Of a stretch of DNA of 25,471 bases, positions 9,688 through 16,407 are shown one piece after another. A model generated the notes under the pieces. It searched no databases, was not told the origin of the DNA, and saw only the letters and a program-made list of their open reading frames with translations. This DNA is from a virus (taxonomy: Duplodnaviria; Caudoviricetes), in the IMG/VR virus record IMGVR_UViG_3300020043_004494, positions 1-25,471 of that record; one strand, 5' to 3'. The number at the start of each line of letters is the position of its first letter. Position 1 is the stretch's first letter. Made by a program: the position numbers and the translations under genes.

Positions 9688-10097
9688 AACACATATCGAC
9701 TCTATTAGTAGCTGGATTACTTACTGGCTGCAGCGCAACGTGGCATTTGAAACAAGCAGCCAAGAAGGACCCTTCAATCTTGAAGCCCACGGTTGTTACG
9801 ATATGGGATACGATTGTGACACCACCAGTGTACTTAGTTGACACCGTTGCTGTTCCTGAGGTTGGTGACTCATCTGTAATCGACAACGATACCGTTCGTA
9901 TTGTCATCACAAAGTACCAAGACAAGCTACTCGTTAAGACTCAGCTTAAGGAGGTGCCTTACCCTGTAAGCGTACAGGCTGAGTGCCCACCACAACTTGT
10001 TCAGCCTGAGACTAAAGCATCTAAGGTTAAAGATTTCCTACTTTTGTTTTTAGCAGGAGCACTTGTCTTAATGATGTTCCTATATCGTTTCAAGTAA
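9684..10097 (+). CDS. Lipoprotein with C-terminal transmembrane helix; unimolecular spanin candidate
   Basis: Lipobox LLTG-C16, beta-rich V/T/D middle region and C-terminal FLLLFLAGALVLMMFLY followed by RFK. ATGA overlap with the giant gene. Confidence 0.65.
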   Translation: MKHISTLLVAGLLTGCSATWHLKQAAKKDPSILKPTVVTIWDTIVTPPVYLVDTVAVPEVGDSSVIDNDTVRIVITKYQDKLLVKTQLKEVPYPVSVQAECPPQLVQPETKASKVKDFLLLFLAGALVLMMFLYRFK

Positions 10098-10237
10098 TGG
10101 CAAAGACTAAAACCCAAACAGCCTCTACCTACAAGGCTAAGCCCAAGCAAAAGCGTCCGGGCGTTCACGCAAAGACCAAGACATCACAGCTCAAAACGTC
10201 AAAGCTTTATCGTAAGCTAAGCGTTGGGCAGGGCTAA
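10097..10237 (+). CDS. Small basic protein, 46 aa (MAKTKTQTASTYKAKPKQKRPGVHAKTKTSQLKTSKLYRKLSVGQG)
   Basis: TAATG coupling to the spanin-like gene, AAG-rich codons and TAA at 10235-10237. Below the ORF-track length cut-off. Confidence 0.75.
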   Translation: MAKTKTQTASTYKAKPKQKRPGVHAKTKTSQLKTSKLYRKLSVGQG

Positions 10238-10265
10238 AGAAAAAGGCCCGTCATATGACGAGCCT
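10236..10265 (-). terminator. Intrinsic terminator for the minus-strand arm
   Basis: Minus strand AGGCTCGTCA-TA-TGACGGGCCT (one G.U pair) followed by TTTTCTTT, at the convergence point of the two arms. Confidence 0.7.
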
Positions 10266-10341
10266 CTCGATCCAGCTGTAGTGGGCTGGTGTGAGACCAG
10301 ACCAACAGCTTGTGATGGTAACTGCGAGTACGCTAAGTGTT

Positions 10342-10356
10342 CTAACCGTCGCAGCT
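10342..10356 (-). repeat. Displaced copy of the nrdA 3' end (AGC TGC GAC GGT TAG = SCDG*)
   Basis: 14/15 identical to 11038-11052; begins at the base immediately after the endonuclease stop codon. Confidence 0.8.
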
Positions 10357-11001
10357 CTATTCGTCCCAACGCCAGATAAATCCTTTATGTGTTGCGTATC
10401 CAGCTTTTTGGTCGCAGCAATATATTACATATTTAGGATTGTATCCGTGGTCTTGTAGGATTCTAGCGTATGGCCAAACTTTTAATGTTTGACCGCTAAG
10501 CTTGTCAACTTGAATAACTTTCTTTTCGTGCTTAAATCTGCCGTTGCTTGGACCCTTTTTGCATTCGGACCAAACTTTTAACCTCTGCTGTTTATCTTCT
10601 TCTGATAGCCAATCTGGAAATGCGTTACACTTACGCCTCTCGTCTGGACTAGCATATCTTTTTTTATTTCTATCGCTTACCATCTTGCGTATTTTGTCTT
10701 GTTGGCTAATTGGCAATTGATTAAATATGTCTCCCCCCACACCACCTTTGGCTACATTATAGGTTCCATATTTATCTATGTATTCTTGCTCTATAGAAAA
10801 ACAATCTTCCTGCTCTAGTAGGACGTCGAATACAAAACTATCTTTCCCGTACTTATTGAAGTCACGCTGCATAAATATATTCTTATGATTGCCTTTCTTC
10901 AGTGATGAAATATGATCTTGTTTTCTCTTAATAAAACTACAAGTCGCGCCTATATAGACACGACCAGTAGCTTCATTTGTTATTCTATATATACATTCCA
11001 T
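10357..11001 (-). CDS. GIY-YIG homing endonuclease with C-terminal NUMOD1-like DNA-binding domain
   Basis: CIYRITN..GRVYIG, conserved R (KRKQDH), E (IEQEYI), YN..GG, and C-terminal KKVIQ..G..LKVW..CC..THKGFIWRW. More AT-rich than nrdA. Confidence 0.9.
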   Translation of the reverse strand: MECIYRITNEATGRVYIGATCSFIKRKQDHISSLKKGNHKNIFMQRDFNKYGKDSFVFDVLLEQEDCFSIEQEYIDKYGTYNVAKGGVGGDIFNQLPISQQDKIRKMVSDRNKKRYASPDERRKCNAFPDWLSEEDKQQRLKVWSECKKGPSNGRFKHEKKVIQVDKLSGQTLKVWPYARILQDHGYNPKYVIYCCDQKAGYATHKGFIWRWDE

Positions 11002-11005
11002 AATG

Positions 11006-11040
11006 CAAAGATAATGCGATGGATAATATCCATCACACTA
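11006..11040 (-). promoter_or_regulatory. Hairpin covering the nrdA stop plus TATCTTTG -7 box for the endonuclease
   Basis: Minus strand TAGTGTGATGGAT-ATT-ATCCATCGCATTA (13 bp with two G.U pairs, 11040-11012), overlapping TATCTTTG (11013-11006), which lies 4 nt before ATG 11001. Confidence 0.65.
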
Positions 11041-12816
11041 CCCGTCGCAGCTGATACACGTTGGATCCATCGCCTTACTAGCGATATCTCCACGTAGCAC
11101 TGACTCAGTTCGCATATAGTACAGCGTCTTTACGCCTTGACGCCAAGCCTCCATATGGACTTGGTTGATCCACTTTGGAGTTGCCTCAGATGGAAACGCA
11201 AGGTTAAGACTAACAGCTTGGTCAATGTACTGCTGACGTAGACCTGCTTGGATTACAAGGTCGAGCTGGTTGATCTCCTTGAAGGTCTTGAACACATCCT
11301 TTACCGGAACGCTGTCAATCATAGCATCAAGTTCGTCTTGGTGCACAAGCTTACCACGTTGGTAGAACCAAGGCTCAAGCGCATCAATCTCCTGAACAGA
11401 ACCTCCGTCGGCAAGAATCTGATCCCACACCTCTTTAGTGTTGGCACCAATCTTCTTCAGTAAGCGCTCCAATGTGGGGTTTTTACGAATGAACGTACCC
11501 TTAGCTGACTGCTCGGTAAACACGTTAGCTGCCCACGGCTCAATGCCTGCACTTACGTTACCGCTTAGTTTGCTGTTGGATACGGTTGGTGCGATTGCAC
11601 GCAGGTGGGTATTACGTACACCGAACCCACGGCACCACAAAGGCTCGCCATAGATGCGTGCCATATCACGACTCGCACGATCACTCTCCATCTTAATGTG
11701 AGAGAAGATCTTACGAGTCTCAAGCTGGGCCTGTAGGCCCTCAAAGGGTACTCCACGTTGCTGCAGGTAGGTGTGCCATCCGAGTACGCCCAGTCCAAGT
11801 GCCCGTCCCTTTTCAGCGGAGCGAACCGAATTTTCGAAGCCCTTCATATTCTTGGCTTTCTGGATGAACTCCTCTAGCACCCCGTCTAAGAAGAACGTGG
11901 AGTAGTAGACTAGATCTGTGTCCTTCCACTCCTCGTACTTAGCGAGGTTGAGTGAAGAAAGACAGCAGACAAAACTGTGTGACTCATCCGTGTGGAGTGT
12001 GATCTCCGAACAAATGTTGGTCATATAAACCTTCAGACCGTTGTGCTTGTATGGCTCAGGGTTCTGCTTGTTTACGTTGCCGCGGTACATAATGTATGGC
12101 TCACCAGTAGCCTTACGCTTTTGGATGACCTTAGACCAGCGCTTACGTGCCTCCTCATCGCCATCCTCCAGCTTACGCATAAACTTATCCGACACGATTA
12201 CACACTGGTGTAGGTTTAGAGACTGACGGTTTACGTCACCCTTTGGCTCGCGGATCTCAATCCAATCCCAGAAGTCTCCGTGCTCGATGTTAAGGTTAAC
12301 AGATGCAGCACCACGACGCACGTTACCTTGCGAGGTAGCAAGGATAGTTGAGTCATATATCTTACAGAAAGGAACTACGCCATCGGTTGTGCCATTGCTG
12401 TTGGAGATAGGTGACCCCGATGGACGAAGCATATTGACTCCGATGCCTACACCGCCACCGTGTTTAGCTAGCATCATCATCTCGAGGTTCTTAGCCCCGA
12501 TGTCGTGAACACTATCAGCAACGTCAATACCAAAACAGCTGATGGGTAGACCACGATCGGTACCCATATTTGCCAGTACTGGCGTCGCAAGACCAAGCCA
12601 GTTGTTCCAGATGTATTCAAAGAACTTCTCCGCAAGCTCAGGCTTGTAGAGTCGCTTTGCTGCAGCGTTAGCAGCACGCCAGTAGGCATCACGTGGTGTT
12701 TCGCCTGGCAGTAGGTAGCCCTTTGAGATTGTCTTGCAGTACACATCAGTGTTTCCCCATTCGGGGTAGTCGACACCCAGCACCCAGCCGAAGTCGTCTC
12801 CATAGTTTTTAGCCAT
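11038..12816 (-). CDS. nrdA: Class I ribonucleotide reductase alpha subunit, no ATP cone
   Basis: TPVLAN..GLPISCF, GGGVG, SQGNVRRGA, TNICSEI (NxCxE), R.LGLGVLG, AIAPT, DQAVSLN, KTLYY and C-terminal CISC. Start placed at ATG 12816, 2 nt after the nrdB stop. Confidence 0.97.
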   Translation of the reverse strand: MAKNYGDDFGWVLGVDYPEWGNTDVYCKTISKGYLLPGETPRDAYWRAANAAAKRLYKPELAEKFFEYIWNNWLGLATPVLANMGTDRGLPISCFGIDVADSVHDIGAKNLEMMMLAKHGGGVGIGVNMLRPSGSPISNSNGTTDGVVPFCKIYDSTILATSQGNVRRGAASVNLNIEHGDFWDWIEIREPKGDVNRQSLNLHQCVIVSDKFMRKLEDGDEEARKRWSKVIQKRKATGEPYIMYRGNVNKQNPEPYKHNGLKVYMTNICSEITLHTDESHSFVCCLSSLNLAKYEEWKDTDLVYYSTFFLDGVLEEFIQKAKNMKGFENSVRSAEKGRALGLGVLGWHTYLQQRGVPFEGLQAQLETRKIFSHIKMESDRASRDMARIYGEPLWCRGFGVRNTHLRAIAPTVSNSKLSGNVSAGIEPWAANVFTEQSAKGTFIRKNPTLERLLKKIGANTKEVWDQILADGGSVQEIDALEPWFYQRGKLVHQDELDAMIDSVPVKDVFKTFKEINQLDLVIQAGLRQQYIDQAVSLNLAFPSEATPKWINQVHMEAWRQGVKTLYYMRTESVLRGDIASKAMDPTCISCDG

Positions 12817-12818
12817 AA

Positions 12819-13814
12819 TTAGTCCCAAATTGATTCAAAGTCTTCACCTTCTCCTGCTTTGCTGTAGTCCGTTGGTCGAACAGCAAAGAAGTCAGTGTGT
12901 GTTACGCCTCCCGAAAGGTGGTTGAACCACTCAAGTTCAGACGCTTTCTCAGCATCGTATGGAATGATAGCCTCGTAGCCAAGCTCAACAAGCTTCTCGT
13001 TTGCACGCATCTTGATGAACTCCTTAAGGTCGTCTGCCTTCAGGTTATTAAGGTCACCCATCTCGAACATCTTGTCGATGAAGTTTACCTCTAGATCAAC
13101 AGCAATACGTGCTGCCTCTTCTACTTCTTTACGTACTTCAGCACGGATGGTAGGATACTCTTGGCATACGTGGTTGAATAGAACGCAACCCATCTTGCTG
13201 TGAAGGCTCTCGTCACGTACGCTCCACTTCATCTGCTGTCCAATACCTTTCAGTAGGTTACGCATCTGGAATGAGTAGAGAACAGCAAAGGATGAGTACA
13301 GAGCCACGCCTTCTGCAAATGCAGAGAACACAGCAATAGAACGAGCGATGTCCTTGCGTCCTACTGGACTGATCTTCAGCACGTTGTGATCGTATCCTGC
13401 CTTAGTGTTGACGAGGTTCTCAAAGCGTGCTGCGGTAGAAGGCTCGTGAAGGAATGCCTCGAAGTCTTCAAGTCCAAGCGTCTCGTTGAGGTAGCTGTAT
13501 GCTGCAGCGTGGATCGTCTCCTGAGATCCGAACATCATAGCCATCTGCTTGATCTCGTGCTTTGGGAACCACTTGGTTACCATACTGGTCCAGTAGTCGC
13601 CAACAGCAGTTTCTGTTTGTGCAAAGCCCAATAGGATGTTGCCAACTAGATTTCGCTCAGCGTCGGTAAGGTTCTCTCGGAAGTCCTTAACATCGCCCTG
13701 CATTGGGATTTCAGTGTGAAGCCAGAAGGCTTGTGCTTGAGGAAGCCATCCATCTGTGAAGTACACGTTGTACTCGAATGGCTTGTAATGGATTCGTTCG
13801 ACGAACAGTCCCAT
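12819..13814 (-). CDS. nrdB: Class I ribonucleotide reductase beta subunit
   Basis: YKPFEY, FW...E, QETIHAAAY (ExxH plus Tyr), EGVALYSSF, RDESLH and DFF..RPTDY. Start placed at ATG 13814 after an A-rich leader. Confidence 0.96.
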   Translation of the reverse strand: MGLFVERIHYKPFEYNVYFTDGWLPQAQAFWLHTEIPMQGDVKDFRENLTDAERNLVGNILLGFAQTETAVGDYWTSMVTKWFPKHEIKQMAMMFGSQETIHAAAYSYLNETLGLEDFEAFLHEPSTAARFENLVNTKAGYDHNVLKISPVGRKDIARSIAVFSAFAEGVALYSSFAVLYSFQMRNLLKGIGQQMKWSVRDESLHSKMGCVLFNHVCQEYPTIRAEVRKEVEEAARIAVDLEVNFIDKMFEMGDLNNLKADDLKEFIKMRANEKLVELGYEAIIPYDAEKASELEWFNHLSGGVTHTDFFAVRPTDYSKAGEGEDFESIWD

Positions 13815-13836
13815 ATTGATTGGTTTTAGATTAGAC

Positions 13837-13860
13837 AAAAAAGGGTCACACCTGTGACCC
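13837..13860 (-). terminator. Intrinsic terminator-like hairpin upstream of nrdB
   Basis: Minus strand GGGTCACA-GG-TGTGACCC followed by TTTTTT. Confidence 0.7.
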
Positions 13861-13886
13861 AAACGGAACGCGAAGATAAGAATATG

Positions 13887-14294
13887 CTACAAACCCAGCA
13901 AGTCTGTTATGTCTTTTCCTTGCAAAATATTATAGTAACCTACTACCTTGACAATCATATTGTTGTTAGAAAAGTGGGTAGTCTTTGGCATACGACGCTC
14001 TTCCCACGATGGCTCCGGAAGCTCCGTCAAACGGAACGACCACACCCCGATGGGAGTTGAGTTGATGTACACAGGCACTGTGCCGAACATAGATGCACGG
14101 TTAACGAGCGCATCATACTTAATCTTCTCTATAACTAAATCGTTATAGTGTCGATTTCTGCACTTGAGTTCGATGTCTGCGTTGTAGCTGATCGAGTAGC
14201 AGTCGTACTTAGACATCTGGTGTTCGCTAAGTTCCAAGTCAGGAGCTAGTCGTTCTTTGATGAGCTTGAACAGCTCCCGCTCGTACTTAATCAT
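13887..14294 (-). CDS. Putative PD-(D/E)xK nuclease
   Basis: SKYDC...DIELKCR motif followed by VIEKIKYD; 135 aa. Confidence 0.6.
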   Translation of the reverse strand: MIKYERELFKLIKERLAPDLELSEHQMSKYDCYSISYNADIELKCRNRHYNDLVIEKIKYDALVNRASMFGTVPVYINSTPIGVWSFRLTELPEPSWEERRMPKTTHFSNNNMIVKVVGYYNILQGKDITDLLGL

Positions 14295-14821
14295 AGGTAG
14301 TTGTAAAAAGATATGTATGCGTCAACCTTTAATATCGGACCAAGTTCAGAAGCCGCAATTGCATACTCTCCGTCGTGTGTGTAGTTTGTACTACATCTTA
14401 AGTCCTTGACGTACTTCCACTTACACATAAATGACGCTGAGTCTATGTTGCCGACAGCTGGTGAATCTGTTGCGTGAAGTCTCTTCTCTCCGTTCTTGCC
14501 TAGCTGTCCCCAAGTTATGATTGAGGCATCAGTGTCTACAAGTCCAGACACTGTGTTGTACCAGTCCGGATGTATTACGTTGTCGCTATCAAGCCAAAAT
14601 ATCCAGTCGTTGTTTTCGAATGGATAGTTGTCGAATGCGTAGTTTCTGTTGTGAGCTCCAGCAGCACCAGTCATACCAGACTCCATACAAACAGCACCGT
14701 CAACATCAATTGGCTCTACAGATGAATCAAAAACAATGATCCAGTTGCAGTCCTTTGGGATGCTTGACTTAATCTTTTCAAGATTGTCAGGGCGGTGGCA
14801 CGGAGTAAGTAAGTGGATCAT
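14291..14821 (-). CDS. Glycosyltransferase, GT-A/family 2-like
   Basis: LLTPCHR, WIIVFD, RNYA, FWLDSDN (DxD), IDSASF and HDG. Confidence 0.8.
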   Translation of the reverse strand: MIHLLTPCHRPDNLEKIKSSIPKDCNWIIVFDSSVEPIDVDGAVCMESGMTGAAGAHNRNYAFDNYPFENNDWIFWLDSDNVIHPDWYNTVSGLVDTDASIITWGQLGKNGEKRLHATDSPAVGNIDSASFMCKWKYVKDLRCSTNYTHDGEYAIAASELGPILKVDAYISFYNYL

Positions 14822-15777
14822 ACCAAGTACTTTATTCTCTTAAGGTTAACCTTGTCAAGGTTATAGTCCTCGTGGTCACGAAGGTCGTCAAACAGATTGT
14901 TGGCCATCTTTTTTGCACGCTTCTTGTCCATTGACTCAATAGCATCAGCCCACTCCTGCGGAGTACGACACAGCATACCAGTCTCCCCGTGACGGATGAT
15001 TCCGTTGTATGGACGGGTGTTTGATGCAATAACAGCTGTCCTTGTCCAAGCCGCCTCTGCAATCTTTAGGTCGCTTTTGCACCAGTTGAACTTGTTTGGA
15101 ACAAGCGGAACAAAGCTTACGTCGATGTCTCGGTATAGCTTTCCATAGGTCCAGACGTCACTTGCTGGAAGTATCTTGTTGTAGTTGAAGATGTGGTCGT
15201 ACCCCATATTCTCTACACCAACCGTGTAGATCTTGGAGTAGTCGTACTTAATCTCCATCACATCATAAAGGTGGCTAGAAGCCCCCATATAGCCAAAGCG
15301 GAGGCTACTAGAAGGATTTTTTCTTGGGTTTCCCCACTGATCTTCAGTTTCATCAACAGCATTGTTTACAAATTCAATAACAGCTTTTGGGTTCTCAGCC
15401 TGCATAATCTTTCCAAGGTACCTAGAAGGTGTCCAGATCACGTCTGCAATCTTGATAGTCTTCTTGATGTCTGGGCCGTAGTACGCCTCGTACAAAGCCT
15501 TCGATGGGTTCTCTGGATTAAGCACCCAGTAATCGTCTAGGTCAAGTATAAGCTTTACGTTGTGACGCTTAAGCATACGACTGAACTCCTTGTGGTTGTT
15601 CACCGAAACCTTACGTGACACAACAAGGTTATCCACCAGATCAAGGTTGATGTCCTTAAGGTCAGTCAACAATTGAACCCAGTGAACTTCAAGACCCTGC
15701 TCTTGCAGTCTTCGCATTGGCACTATAAGCCGATGGTAGTTTACACCACCAAGGCTGTCTAGATGAACAATGGTCAT
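14818..15777 (-). CDS. Glycosyltransferase, GT-B fold-like
   Basis: GVNYHRL..P, LDLDDYW, ADVIWTPS..L, NAVD, FGYMG..SH, FNWCKSDLKIAEA and VIASN..PY..GETG. Confidence 0.8.
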   Translation of the reverse strand: MTIVHLDSLGGVNYHRLIVPMRRLQEQGLEVHWVQLLTDLKDINLDLVDNLVVSRKVSVNNHKEFSRMLKRHNVKLILDLDDYWVLNPENPSKALYEAYYGPDIKKTIKIADVIWTPSRYLGKIMQAENPKAVIEFVNNAVDETEDQWGNPRKNPSSSLRFGYMGASSHLYDVMEIKYDYSKIYTVGVENMGYDHIFNYNKILPASDVWTYGKLYRDIDVSFVPLVPNKFNWCKSDLKIAEAAWTRTAVIASNTRPYNGIIRHGETGMLCRTPQEWADAIESMDKKRAKKMANNLFDDLRDHEDYNLDKVNLKRIKYLV

Positions 15778-16001
15778 CAGTCGTGTTGTTCGTTGTACTC
15801 CGTAAGTGCCGCACGAATCATATCAAGTTCAATACGGAATGATCGTGAGTACTTATTTGTTATCTCGCTTACTTGCTTTTGATCCAGAAGCGGGCTTCCC
15901 TTTTGGTCGTGTAGGTCTTCGTACAGATCCGCGCTTGCTGCCGAGATCCGGCTTGTCGCTATGAAGTAGATTCGGCTCAGTTGTTCTAGAGTCATTTTCA
16001 A
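15777..16001 (-). CDS. Hypothetical protein, 74 aa
   Basis: Fills the operon gap, is TGATG-coupled to the GT-B gene and has plausible helical composition. The start may be ATG 15995. Confidence 0.6.
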   Translation of the reverse strand: MKMTLEQLSRIYFIATSRISAASADLYEDLHDQKGSPLLDQKQVSEITNKYSRSFRIELDMIRAALTEYNEQHD

Positions 16002-16371
16002 TTAAAGTATAGTTGTAACAAATTATTTTAGCAAGATACTGATCCTTTTTAAGGTCGCCATCAAACGTGATTCTAAGGTCCACGAAATATTTAGGAGTAT
16101 CGTCGTGAACGTATCCATTATACCGTAAATAATCTGCAAGAAACTTAACAGCAACAATAGAGTTGTCAAGATCATACTTAGAATTGTAGCGTAGATGGAT
16201 AGCAAAACGGTCCATAGTCCATTTGTTAAATCCTTCAAGCGCTCTGGCAAGACCCTCGTAGTACTGTTCTTTTTGCTTGACGCGGTACGTCCAAAACTTG
16301 CCAGAGTAGAGCTGATTAAGTGACGGAGGCTTTGGTATTGATACTTCAATTTCATTGCATTCAATTGTCAT
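15853..16371 (-). CDS. RusA-like Holliday junction resolvase
   Basis: PPSLNQLY, DLDN....K...D.L...G.VHDD motif. The last ~50 aa overlap the next gene. Confidence 0.75.
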   Translation of the reverse strand: MTIECNEIEVSIPKPPSLNQLYSGKFWTYRVKQKEQYYEGLARALEGFNKWTMDRFAIHLRYNSKYDLDNSIVAVKFLADYLRYNGYVHDDTPKYFVDLRITFDGDLKKDQYLAKIICYNYTLIENDSRTTEPNLLHSDKPDLGSKRGSVRRPTRPKGKPASGSKASKRDNK

Positions 16372-16375
16372 TGAG

Positions 16376-16407
16376 CAAATATACTAGAAGGCTTCCGAAT
16401 ACGCAAC
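16376..16407 (-). promoter_or_regulatory. Bacteroidota-type promoter GTTG-N20-TATATTTG
   Basis: -7 box at 16383-16376 lies 4 nt before ATG 16371, with a TTG-type -33 element at canonical distance. Confidence 0.6.

Noticed and set aside
10238-10341. tRNA in this or other intergenic gaps
   Set aside because: No cloverleaf or T-loop GTTC signature was found by eye.
10342-11052. Group I intron or intein in nrdA
   Set aside because: The endonuclease ORF fills the insert up to the downstream junction, leaving only about 50 nt, too little for a ribozyme core. In-frame stops and the lack of intein terminal motifs exclude an intein, and nrdA is already complete.
13815-13862. ORF-track N-terminal extensions of nrdB (also nrdA and the ORFs starting at 18553, 19230, 19647 and 21101)
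   Set aside because: They run through a terminator or upstream genes; downstream ATGs with A-rich leaders or stop-start coupling fit better.
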